Below, piece by piece: positions 35,407 through 48,480 of a DNA stretch of 64,000 nucleotides. The position numbers were made by a program, and so were the translations under genes. Within the stretch, counting starts at the first letter, position 1. The number at the start of each line of letters is the position of its first letter. The stretch covers positions 28,582,001 to 28,646,000 of the forward strand of contig OX442314.1 in assembly GCA_949358305.1 (NCBI GenBank), in the 5' to 3' direction. The stretch is from Strigamia acuminata (Eukaryota). The notes beneath the pieces were generated by a model. It searched no databases and was not told the DNA's origin. It was given only the letters and a program-made list of their open reading frames with translations.

Positions 35407-36359
35407 TTAAGACTAAAAAAGGAAGAATTAGAAATGAAATGTGAAACGATGTTTGTTGCACACAAAATGGCGAGGTGGACTCGCCTGGAAAAATTTCACT
35501 GCACGTACGATGGCAGCGACCGCAAGCTCCGGAGGGACTCCGCGGTGGCTTACAGTCGTTTACGATGGTTCACGGCAAGTGTGGGTGCTGTGACAGTAAC
35601 GATGAGTCCTAGATAGTTCAACGGGACTCACGATAACCGACAGTGAGCGGTTTCTTGGGCGTTACTCGAGATTTGTACAAGTGCGTGTAACAGACAGTGC
35701 CTGTTACACACGAGCGCAAATGTGGCTGTTTCCACTGCAAAATCAGTGGAAACAGCAAAGTCTCAACTCACCAAACGGTACACTATCAATACTTGAAGTT
35801 CTGGGTGATTCAAAGCAGTGATGTTGTGTGTTGTTGGTGTGATATCAAGAGTGAGCAAAACCGCCAAAATGTGGGGTTTTATTGACTCTCTGGTGCTGCG
35901 CACTAAATGTGCTCAGAAAGCTAATTTTGGTGCAACAAAGGAATTTGTTGCACAAAAACCGTTGCTATTGCACCATACCCCTGGCCAAAATGAGGGTGAA
36001 GTGTGCCAAGGCACACTTCAGTTCTGCGCACAAACTGTGCGCCGTGAGCTCAATTTGGTGCAGAAGTGTGGCAATCCTGCACCTGCAGGCCTGGCACACT
36101 TTGGATCTGCGCAGTAAAACTGCGCAATTAGCTTGGTTTCGTGTCTTACCTAAGTTGGCACCACTCAATCGCCAAATCCTTTTCTGGTGCCATTTTGCAC
36201 AATAAAAGTGCCATTATACACATGAAAAATGCCATTGAACACATGAAAAGTGCCATTGAACACACGAAAAGTGCCATTTTACACATAAAAAGTGCCATTT
36301 TACACATGAAAAGTGCCATTTTACACGTAAAAAGAGGATTGGAGATTACATTTTACATG

Positions 36360-39300
36360 TTACAAACAATAAAACACACATGCAATGACATTCTGTAATA
36401 GCTCTGGTATTACCAGCAACGACAAACCAAAAAACAAGCCAAAACTATTTCCTACATCACAGAACAGAGCGTTAAGGCTGTATACATCAAGTTCTTCAAA
36501 TTTCTCTATTAAATTATTTACGGGCATAATTGCAGCAACTGATACAATACTTGTGTTAGGTTGTTGAAAATAAACACGTGTTTGGTATATATTCTCTGTG
36601 CAAGAAGGTTGACAGTCACATTCTTTCTTTATGTCGGTCTTCAGAGATAAATGAATAAACGTAGACAAAGCTTCTTTGGCATCTTCGGCAGAACTGCATG
36701 TTTTGGTCAAATTGTTCTCGGTGAAAGGTAATCTAGTTGGATACAGACTTTTAAAGTACGTTCATGGTGGATAGCAGTAATATAATATTATTTAACAACA
36801 CATGGCAATTTGTATAGAAATTAGATGAATGTTTCCATTTCAATGAACTTTGGCATTTTTGGATGAGTGACTTACTTGCATTTGATTGATTGAAATTTAC
36901 TTCGAAAGCATTCGTTTCGGCATCGGACATGCTCTTCTCGTGTGACGCAGGCATGTGATTTTACATTAAGTGATATTTTCTGCAGCAATTAAAAATAATT
37001 TCAATTTTATGACTGCAACATGGAAGTATACTCTGGCTCATCATAAGTGGGTACCCAGTTCCTATTGGCCGAGCCTGTTTACTCCTAACTGTTGCCTTTG
37101 TACTACGACCAGGAAATGTAGTTCTGTTGTGTTTTTAATTTGTTTGATTATTGTAATGGTTGAAATAATGTTAATTGACTTTTATTTAATAATAAAATGT
37201 TTTAAAAAATCTTAAAGCAATGTTATATGCTGTTATTTTTTCCAAATACATGTTTGTTCAGTTTGTTTAGTTTACTGGTTGCTGTTTCAGGAAAGCAAGC
37301 AATTTTTGAAATTTATGATTGATTATTTTGTTTGACAAGCACTCAATATGTATTTTAGCCTATTTTTATTTATACTTATACCAGTGAAATAGCTCGGCCA
37401 ATAGGAACTGGGTACCCACTTGCGATAAGCCAGAGTAATTACTTTACTTTTACGTATTCAAGTGATGTGATGCCTTGAATTTTAAAGCAGAAATGCAAAA
37501 AACCCAAAGCATCTATAGTACTATACACTTGTTCAATCCAAGAGAGTCCTTTCTCCCATGGCTAAACCTCATTACTCTTAAATCTACCACCAGGAAAAGT
37601 ATTTTTTTATTTTTTTTTTATTTTTGTGACTATTATGATCATTTAAAATTGATATAATTTTAATTGTATTTTTTTTAAAATGGTTTTTCTATTCATAAAA
37701 TAAAGTTTTATGCACTTTTTAATTTAAAACTCATGTTTGTTCTGTTTATCGGTTGCTTTGTCAGGAAAGCAAACAATTTCCTAAAAATAGGTAATCGATT
37801 ACAATGTCTGTTTTGGGTCTATTTTTGTGTATCACTACACAAGTGAAATGGCTCGGCCAATGGGAGAATGGACTCTTTTGGATTGAACAAGAAAGGATCA
37901 CAAAAGGATATTGGTACAGTGTACGGGCTTCACTTGTCAATTTCAAAATGGCCACCACACAAGTTAGATAAGGGACAAATAAACTTCCAATTTCTCTAAT
38001 GCTAACAGATGAAGCATCCATAACCAAAACTAAGCAAGTTTTCTAATTTCACTACAATGAATACATACATTAACAAATGTAAATTGCATTATTGAAGAAG
38101 TGGACTGCATGAGGTTCCGCTGACTCGTAAGAATAGATTCTATCTTCGCTCCAGGTGGCCGCACATACAACTGAAGAGATAAAAATATCGATCAGCAAAC
38201 ATCAAAAAATGTTGACAGAGAAGCACACTAAATACTAATGTGCATGTTAGATCCAAAGTGCACCTATACCTGCCACAAGCCATGAGAACATGTGATGTCT
38301 TTATTTTTTACAAAGCTTAACAAAACTGTTGATCCGGATCCAGCAAACTTCATTGGCTCTAAAATGAATGAATAATTCACGTAATTTTAATATTCATTAA
38401 AATTGTTCTAGTACTTAGTTCGAACTCGAAGCATGTTCCCGAATGCATGTTTATATCATCCCTACTGAAGGTATCGCTTTTTTTCCTCAACCCAGCTCCC
38501 TGGTGTGAAGGATTAAATAATTATACGTCAGAAATAAACGAGACAACAAGAAAAAAACAACTACGTTCAGTACTGCATCCACGGCGTATTCATCAAATCT
38601 CGGTTTCTGGTATTCCCAAACCTTTTGGAGTGATGGTTTTTTATCACTCTTCATTAAATCAATAAAATGAACTTCGCACTGGTGTTTTTTAATCTGCTTT
38701 GCATATTTTTTCGTGTACGCTGCCGTTAAAAGGCCTTCAGCGCAGGCAATTACATTAGGCATGTAAATTGTGTCGTTTTCGTAAACTGTAACAACTGTTT
38801 TTGTCGGTTCGCTGTAGTAAAACTGGATTTTAGTTGCGACGACATACGTTGCAATTACAGCACCTGCAAACAGAACGGTGTATTGCACATAACGAGTGGT
38901 TTTTGATTTATACGCAATAATTTTGTTGGTTTTTCTCTCCAGCTTTCTGTGAATCTTCACTATTTTGCTCGCAATTCTTTTCGTCGACGGCCTTTTTTTA
39001 AGGTTTTCAAATAGCCGTTTAGCAAGCCATCGAATTACAGCCAATAAGGACAACAAAGACAAGTCCAATGAAAATCCCAAATTTCCACCTAAGTCCACCA
39101 AAAGTGCAATTTTGTCGTAGACATATTTTTCAGTCAGGACGACGTATGTCGCATCAGTTTGCTTAAGTTTGGTCATTACTACATTTTCATCCGTGAATTT
39201 CTCCACAACGAGGTGGTAATGATATGCGTTTTTTGAACAGGGTCGCAAGCAACCACAATCTAATGTTGCCAGTGTGGATAATTCCTGTTTGTACGCAGCC

Positions 39301-42300
39301 TCGTGAGTTTTAGATACAATGGCCTTATTTTTTACGGCACTGCAATCACGAACTGCATCATTAAAAGGCATGTAGGGTAATCTAAAATTTAAAGATATAC
39401 CGTTTAATGTCAAGAAACTCAATATTGAATGAAAAACAGATAGGCACTTCCTCTTTTTTCTGATTTTCTTTGCTTAGTGACAATGTTTTAACGTGATTAT
39501 GATTACTTGTTGGTACAACACACAATTAAGAAAATGTTGACTAACCCACATTCCGGCTTTAAGATTCTAGCCAAACAATCTTCGTAACATTTGATGTTTA
39601 GCTCTTCGTCTGGGCTGCAAAACGGGTAGTTTGATGGTAAAAAATTGTACTGGAAGTGAATAATTATTTCAATACATTTATAGCTACAATTAAATCCTGT
39701 TTATATTTCACTCGTATGATGAAATACCAAAAAGCGTGTCACGTCGTATTTGACTTTAAATAATGGTTTCGAAAATTTTTAGGTTTCCAGGGATTGTAAT
39801 AACCAGAAAATTGGGTCCGCAGGCGCCGCAACTCTTAATACTTTGCCGGGGGTGGTATCTACGTAAAGACAGCGTCTGTTCGTGAAGTCTGTATTTTTAT
39901 GGGTGCAGGATATCAGCCCGGGCGCCGTTGATATTCGTATTAAGATCGTAATATCGCTTTTCACTGTGGGAAAATGTCATCACTCACTGGGCGCTCTTAT
40001 AAAGAGAAGATTTCTTCTCCTGGACACGCGCAAACGTTGGGTGTACGCGCATACAGGTATCAAACCACGAACAACGTCTTCAAACCGTTGAAAATGAAAT
40101 AAATACGCAATTGAGACGGCATGCAATTCAAATGCCTAGGCTGAGGAGGAAGTCACAGTCGTGGCATAAAAAGTATGACGAATTAAGACTGTCGAATACG
40201 CCATTTCTCCGATAAATTATACGCAAAATATGGGCAAATGATAAATGAGGCGGTCAGATAGCCAACCACGAGAATTCGGGCTGCACAATGGCCATATGCG
40301 CTAATACGCACCATAAATCGCACTATGAAACCTCCCAGTTAAGACAGGAGATGTGAACATGTCAAAAGCTAAAATTATTCTGTCTGTTCTTACTAATTTG
40401 GTGAAACAAGTCTCCTCTGATCACATGCTCATGGCCAAGTCTATTTCCAAAGGGAAATTGGGCAAAAACAGGTGGTCAGAGAGAAATATGTAAATTTTAG
40501 GCCGCGAATGCATCAATTTATGGCAAAATTCTCATGAATGTCTGGATGGGGTGAGCATGACCAGGCTAAATTAAGGATAAATGATAAAAATAAAATAAAT
40601 AAAATAAAATAAAATAATAAATTTGGAATTAGGAAAAAATGAAATAATTTGAAGAAATCAAAACAATTTCCAATTAAAATGGGAAAAATCAGGGAAAAGG
40701 TGCAAAATGCGCTTAAAATTTTAAAAATTTCTACTGTCTAAAGTCAGGACCGTGACAAGCGCTTACCTGTCGTAAATGAAAATCCACAAACAACACGTTA
40801 CCAACTTGTGTTGGTATTGCATATCCATATGGTTGCAGAGGATTTATAATAGCAATCTATTAACGAGATAATTTAAAAGTTAAAGATATACTATTAAATA
40901 GATGACTACAGTATTGTCAACGGAGGGAGTTGGTGGGTCCACCCTGTAATTTCCAGAATCCCAGGAGACTTCAGAGCAATAGCTTTTTGACACAAGACAA
41001 ACAAAAGGAGCATGCATGAGAAGCGAGTTCTGCAAAGCATTATCGTCTGATTTGTAAGTATGCCATCTTGGGGTCACAACCCCAAACGTCCCCGCGACAT
41101 TTGGGTGAAATTGAATAATATTATATAATAATATTCGTGTAATTATTTCATTCGTGTCTGTGCTCTCGGCTGTTAACTAAAGCTGTTGCCAGTCGCTTAG
41201 CAACGGAACTGCCAAAATTAGGGGGTTGCTAAGGCAAACTCCTAATGAGCACCGTTGCTGGGCACGATGCGTGCCAGACAAATGCCACGCATGCGCATTG
41301 GCCGATTTTCCGGCCAGATTCTGCAGTAATATTGATTATTAATCACTCTTTTTGCTACACTCACTACCTTCAACACGCTGTCACAGCTCTGCTACAAACG
41401 CATTGTTTTGACCGGTGATTTGTATACAAATCACCGATTACGTAATCTCAACAAGATTCAACCTTGATTTGTTTTACATTTGTATTACTTATTTAATTCC
41501 CTAGACATTATTTGTACTGGCCAAATTAGATAGAAGACCAGAAATGGCATTCAACTGGTTCCACCGTTTGAATTCTGGGACTCGTATTTGTGAATAAATA
41601 TAAATTTCTATATTTATTCGATCCAATCTTTGTTGGGAAAAATCCAGGAACGCAGCGCACCAAACATAAGGTTTGGCAAATTCTCCATTGGGATTGGATT
41701 TCTGATCAGGTCAGTGGAATGAATGGATCTTATAGTGATCTGACTAATTTTTTTAGAAAAAGGTCAATGAGATAAGAAGTAGTAGTACGGTCAAAAGTGG
41801 AGTTTTGCAGTTTCCATTTCGACGTAAACTAAATTCGACTGAGAATCCTTCACTCATTGATAAACCTAAACCAAAATAGAATGATTTAAATTAAAAAAGA
41901 TGTACTCTAGTTGAACAGATATTACTTACTAGTCGTCAAGTCTAAGGTAGCTCCTGTGCTCGTGTCCTTTTCACTAATTTCTACATTGGAATCAGATGCT
42001 ATCAAAACACTGCCATTTCGACGCACTTGAGACAGAATTTTGTTGTACTGCAACAATAATCAACTTTGTTAATCAAATAATTAAATTACAATTGAAAGAA
42101 AATATCTTTCTATCCTACATCAACCACATCGATAAAATATACTCCGTAATTTTCTTAGCTTACCCTTTTAAATCTTACAAGCTCAACATTTCCCATTAAA
42201 CTCGAATCGCTCCAAAACCGAGTGTAGTTGTCAATCTCGGTATTTAAATTGATTAGTCCTCTCACTGCACTTCCACAATGTTTAAATTCCGTATTGACGT

Positions 42301-42649
42301 CACCTTCAAAATGTAGTGGCCACAAAGCGGTCAAAGCTGCAGTGTCGAAACCTGCTGCAGAGAATCCGAGTAGTTTTAAGTGTGTTGTCTCTTTAAATTC
42401 AATGTTAACTTCAACCGGTCCAGACATGTAATAGCGAAGTCTGTCATACGTCTGGTAACAGCAAATGCCCGAGCAAAAACCGACTGCAATCAGCCACAGA
42501 ATTCGAACCGAAAATGATCTTCGTTCGTCCAAAATCTTGTTGAGTATCGGTAGGGAATTCATCTCGATTGAATTTGCAATTTGTTCTTTACATAAATACC
42601 TAATGCGATGTTTTCGTTTGATGACTCTACGATTACTCGCGAGTGCCAT
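36360..42649 (-). CDS. Tandem two-subunit DEG/ENaC channel gene, copy 3
   Basis: Exon 1 42649-42164; fusion exon within ORF 38487-39422; last exon within 36360-36730; small exons collinear with copy 4. Confidence 0.82.
39737..40757. mobile_element. 1021-bp solo LTR in an intron of copy 3
   Basis: TGTCACG...CGTGACA termini, AGCG TSD; empty site in copies 2 (~25020) and 4 (~50563). Confidence 0.85.
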
Positions 42650-43226
42650 ACTGCGAATGTAGTTGTTGTCCATTTACGCACACTGAAAATGTATTTTAAA
42701 AAATTCAATAACGTTTTTCAATTTATTTTCAGAGCAAGCCGCACTATATAATTATCACTGACGTGACGAGGCCTAATTTAAATTTAAATTAAATAATAAA
42801 ATAAAAAAAAATATTAATATACTAGTATATAATTATTATTTTTAACGTTTTTTCACAGAGAAAATTGTTAATTGAATTTTTAATTTGAAATGTTTAGGAA
42901 AAGTCGATCACTAACTAAATTTTCTACCTGCAGTGTCGCTAAAATTAAGTGACTTGATGTAACCGGTTTTCGGTCACGTGCAACAAAGTTCCCGCATGGC
43001 CTGCAAATCTTGATAAGACAATCTCACCACAAGACAAGCGTCTTGGTCTTTTTCCATTCTTGTTCTCCACTCAAAATTCAAATGTTAAATTGAATAATTA
43101 AAAAGAAATGATTGACAACACAAGGCATATCTCTATTTTCGGCAAATTTGAAGCTTTTTAAGATTTTGATAAGCACCCCCTTATGCTTCACCCTAGCATA
43201 ATCTGAAATAAGACCGAAGAGACACA

Positions 43227-44690
43227 CCAAGGAGGTGAGAAGGAGACGTAACTCCTGCAGAACTTCCGGTACAATGCTTGTCTTCCCGGAAGTGATGTCA
43301 TTCCCTCTCAATCCGCCATTTTCCAAACAGTAACATGCCGCGTGCTGCCTAAACACACAGCTAAAGCGGCCAAAACGCATTGTACCGTGGATGAAATCAT
43401 GCAATCCATGGAAAAATTAATTATTTTTAAACGTCTAAGGTGTAAAATTTAAAAGATATTGAAAGACACGTCGCTACTGGGAGTCTAGTGAGTGGTGCGT
43501 ACAAAACCGACTACGGTCAAACGAACGAGTTGGGAACTGGTGCAGAAGAAAGTCGAGGTAATTCGTACGTAATAACTTAAATTTAAAACAAAATTAAACC
43601 AACAGACGATTAATAGGAGTTTGAAAAGATGTAAGGTAGAAGACCACGTATTCTAGTCGTCCAAAGTTTGACAAAATGGCCAAGACCGCGGTGCTAAAGT
43701 GATAGCGACCGGTTTTGTCGATTTGGGATTTGATGTCGGGGATTTGATGTCGAGGCGGATTTCAGGTTTTAAAAATAATAATTGAGAAAAATTTAAACAT
43801 TAATTTAAATATTTAAATTTAAGACACCGGCCGAATTTGCTCAACAAGCGATCGACGCTGATGTTCACGTCGTGGGAATCAGTTCGCTAGCAGCCGGACA
43901 CAGAACGCTAGTACCGGAATTAGCAAAAGCATTAGAAGCTAGACGCTAGATTAGAAGCTAGATCGTAAATTAATATTAAAAAAGGAAAAAAACGCAATGA
44001 AAATAACAATTTTTGTTTTATTTAGGGACATTCTTATAGTTTGCGTCAACGTTATTCCGCCACAGGATTACGACCACTTACACAAAATCGGCAAGCTCGG
44101 CGGGTGCGCAATTTTCGGCCCAGGAACAAAAATTCCACTCCCAGCGATGAGAGTGCTAGATTTTGTATCGTCCTCGTTAAATAAAAAATCCCAAGCCATT
44201 TGAGAGTGAACTACGTGTTTTTGTTTTAATATAATTGATCGTGTACATACTTTTGAGATTTATTGTACACAATACTTTGAAAAAATTAACGAAATAAAAT
44301 TAGCAAAGCATGCAAACACTACACCCAGTTCCAAAGTGTTACTAAAGATGTCTTGGATGGAATGCAAACAGCATTTCCGACAATAAATACTTTTACAATC
44401 CCGAATGTCGCAATGTTATTTTTGTATGTAAGATTGAAGGCACGATATGCTGGGTTTGGGAAATGGAATAAATTCCACACTAACGACTGTCACTTTTGCA
44501 CAGTCCATAGCTTTGCATCTTTTCCATTTGCATTTACCGGCCTACCGCGCTTGGGAAGCATCGCTGTGTATGGAAAATGGCGGAAACAATCCCACAATGC
44601 ACTGCGCAAATCGCGCATGTGCAGAAGATTATTGCGTACGCATGGTGACACCATTTTTGCAGGAGTTACGTCTCCTTCTCACCTCCTTGG
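43227..44690. mobile_element. TIR DNA element (superfamily unassigned) carrying a captured host gene fragment
   Basis: Perfect 33-bp TIR CCAAGGAGGTGAGAAGGAGACGTAACTCCTGCA; ACACA on both flanks; no transposase. Confidence 0.85.
43456..44203 (+). pseudogene. MMUT: Methylmalonyl-CoA mutase C-terminal (cobalamin-binding) fragment, four degraded exons with introns
   Basis: LVSGAYKTDY / GRRPRILV...DRGAKVIATGFVDLGFDV / [33 protein letters not shown] / DILIVC..VIPPQDY...IFGPGTKIP. Contains stops and frameshifts; the DxHxxG histidine reads Gln. Confidence 0.9.
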
Positions 44691-44928
44691 ACACACACTC
44701 CTATCTTACCTACGTTAACATCACCAAATCGCCAAATCTTTTTCCGTTAACAAAATAAAGTAACCGTCCGTTTTAAAACAACGGAAAACTAAAGTGGAAA
44801 ACATCTTACAAATTGACAACTGATGATCAAATGTAACCACTGAAGAAGATTGGAAAGAGTCGAAAGGTCTTTGGGATGTAACAACATCGCATATTGCATT
44901 TGTCATTTAAATATCAGTTGTCAAAACT

Positions 44929-46419
44929 TGTGACAATTCTACTTTTTGGCTGATTTATAAGCGATTCAACGAGATAAATCAATCGGAACAAGACATTGCT
45001 AAACCTAACAATAACCTAACCGAGATAAGCTATTGAATGTGCGCTAAATGAATAAACAACGAAATAACACGAACTTACGGTTTTACATGTTTATTAACGA
45101 GATACAACTGATTCTGGGTTCTGGGCACGTGTAAACGGGCGGCATCATCTGGTTGAGGATCCGGGGGGCCAAGGGATAGGGCTGGCTTCGCGGTATCGTC
45201 ACAAAGAACGGTACGGAGACGTATTCGGCTCCGTGGCACGAACAATCGTGAATGCGAAGAATCCTTCGCATTCGCTGAGATTAAATCCATCAAATATTCA
45301 TTAGAATGATTCGAGATCTAATCAAACACTAAAGCTGTAAGGATGTAACAAATAAATGTTAGATATTAATTATTTAGGCAAGGACAGTCACGATGGTCGT
45401 GAAACCATCGAGGGAGGTTTTGACACCTCCATCCGCCAGCATGCCTTATGATAACATGGATCTCGTTATCCAGCACCAGGTAACTAATTGTTGGGATTAC
45501 CATTCTCCAGGTATTTGTTTAACACAGTATTTTTATACCGTTCACGGGCTACCAACCCGGCGTGTTACCTGTATATTGGCCCTTCACCGACCTTTAAGTA
45601 CGGAAGGACCAGTCACAGACACGAATATCCCTGAAAGATGTTGGCAGAGCGTCTGACCCACATCCGTGGAATGACGTTTGTCAGAGCGTCTGAACTACGT
45701 CCATGAAGTGACAGGGATCAGAGCGTCTGTCGGCAACCGCGTTAGTGATGCATGATGTCCCGCAATCATTCGGACTTCCACTTGTGGCAGCCGGCTAATA
45801 TGCGGGACTATTTCGCATCTAGGTTAGTCATCCCGTGTAGAAACATTATACTATGTCACCGTACCAAATCTCCCTGTCCTTTAAGACAGCGAGCTAAAGC
45901 TACAGGACCATTATTGAGACCTAAGTCTACTTATAACCGGGTCAGTCATCCCGAAATAGCCCTACAACGACAATTACCGTTAGGTAGAGAGTCGAGGTTG
46001 CCTGATGTGTCGATAAAGAAAGAGAGATCAAACGATAACCAATACAATATAGACATATTCAGAGCAACCAAGGGGGATTTCCGGTGGAAACATGAGTTAA
46101 TATAGCTCTTAAAAACAGTAGGATTACGATTGGCCAATGAGACACCAGCATTAAGGAATCGAGGGTCCGATCTAATCTTGAGGACCAAATCTTGAGGATT
46201 CCGATTGGTTCTCATCTCAGGTAAGTATAGTACGTATTATTGATTCACTAGAATCAATGTCATAAATAACAGTTTAATTTAGTTAATAAATATATTACAT
46301 TTATTCGTTTAGTTGTAATAATTATTACAACTCTTGTGCTTTTTATTTAAACAGCGTGCGTTGAGTAAACTGCGCCATCTAGCGTGAACTTTCGTTTCCA
46401 CGGTGCTATAACCGTCACA
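44929..46419. mobile_element. 1491-bp solo LTR
   Basis: TGTGAC...GTCACA termini, AACT TSD, internal CAGAGCGTCTG repeats. Confidence 0.75.
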
Positions 46420-47525
46420 AACTAAAAGTGATACGCATTCGAAATTAGAATAAGTTTTTATTAGCGTAACGTACAAGTTCGGCTTTAATACGCTAAGTTC
46501 GTATTGCTGTGCGAAACGCCATTTTTCATGGCGAGAAATTAAAGATGATAAAAACAGTGAATTGATAATTTATTAAGTCATAACCATAACCATTAATTAG
46601 AGAGAGCATTATGATCTATCGACTTGTTTCTTTATTTCTTGTGTATGCAATAAGGTTTACAATTGCCACAAAAAATGCATATGCAGAATGTTGAATTTGG
46701 CATCAAGATACGGGATGTGAATACTGTAGTTCGGGTTTATTCAACAAACAAAACAGATCAATTCAAAAACAAGTTTTTATAAATCTTTTGGAACCTGTCA
46801 GACAGACCCACTGCCAAAGAACGCCATGATTTTCAGCGAAGTATAAATACTAAATAATGAAATAGCGACAATGGTCGCAAGAAACAATGAAAGGTTGCGC
46901 GCATGAAACACAAATGGCGACGACGTCATTGTTGGACTATCTACAATCAGTTCTCCGTTCAATTCATGCATATATTTGATTTAGTCTTAATGTTTAATTG
47001 ATGCTCCTTTAATATTGTATAACACTGTTTATTTCTATTTACCATAGTGTATTTAGCAGTGTACCAAATGTGCTACCATACTTGCATCTTATATTATAAC
47101 TATTGTAGCAATCGAGAGCAATTGATGTTTGGGTTACCAGAAAAAAATCTAACAAATATTTTTTTGAAGATGGCAACAAATATGGAAGAAACTGATTTTT
47201 CAGCGTTAGAAAAAAACCAAGAGTCTGATCTACACAAATTTAAACTTGCATTTTAATAACAAATCATTCAGATTCGGATGTGTATTACTAATGTACAGGG
47301 TGTCTGAAAAATGTATACGCATTCTGCATAAATTTAACCGTATACCTGCTTCCAAACGGAAATAATCTAACTGAAACTGCTCATTTCTGGACGAAATACC
47401 TACTAGTACCAAAAATGCGTCCCTCATTTTACAGCTTCACCGTAATCACCGACAATGAAAACCATTAAAAACGAATTACTTTTTATTTACTTGTGCTAAA
47501 TAAATTACTTTCGAATAATTAAATA

Positions 47526-48303
47526 CTCCCTCTGTCCCAAATTATGGTACACATTTCTCTAAAAAATTGTCGATTATCGTTGGTTTTGTATATTTCTAAG
47601 ATATTTTAACTGAATATCCTTCAAAATTAAGTGTGTTTGCTAACCAATGGATTGCATTATGGGTAATTAGTTTTATCATTCCGTTATTGCTGAGTTGCAT
47701 CTTCTCAAAATGCACTCAAAATTCAGTGACACCTGTTCTGCTTAAAGTAAAGTGAAAATAAATTCGAAAAATGGCTGTTTCCAAAGAAAAATGACAAAAT
47801 AGAAGAAATTAACTGATAATCAGCGAAATTTTATGCAACAGCTTTTGCTGAAACAAAGCATTGTTAGGAATATGGCACCATTAATGAAATTTGCAGGCAA
47901 ATAGAAATTACTCGACTAACTATTTCACGAATTCGGCGAGAAGTTAAAAAACAATACAATGGAGCTTATTCCTGCCAAAAGATAAACATAACAATGCATT
48001 TTTGACATTGCAATGTTGTATGGAGTCAGGGATTCTAGCAAAGAGTGGCAACAATTACAAAATTCACAAATTCAGGGGAATCATTACAAGTTATTGGTAT
48101 GGAGTATTATTTATTGTTATTGTTTACTCTTTATTTTTTATTGTTATTATTTACTCCATATTATTTATTCTTTACTTAATTTATTTATAATAATAATTTT
48201 CCATTTTTATAATGATAAAAATAAAATGAAACTTGAAATGCATACCATAATTTAGGGCAAAAATAATAGTAGAAATGTATACCATAATTTGGGTCAGAGG
48301 TAG
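47526..48303 (+). mobile_element. Non-autonomous mariner/Stowaway-like element
   Basis: ~33-bp TIR CTCCCTCTGTCCCAAATTATGGTACACATTTCT with 3 mismatches, TA flanks, possible decayed transposase N-terminus near 47800-47940. Confidence 0.8.
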
Positions 48304-48480
48304 TAATTATAAGAGTGGACATTTTTTTTTAATTTTGTATAAATTTAAATTTAAATTAGGCGTCACAGTCAGTGGTAATTATATAGTGCGGCTTGTTCTG
48401 AAAATAAATTAAAAATCATTATTGAATTTTTTGAAATACATTTTCAGTGCGCGTTAACGGACAACAACTCCACTCGCAGT

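Noticed and set aside
43456..44203. Functional or bacterially transferred methylmalonyl-CoA mutase
   Set aside because: Has spliceosomal-type introns, stops, frameshifts and a mutated cobalamin-ligand His; only the C-terminal part is present.
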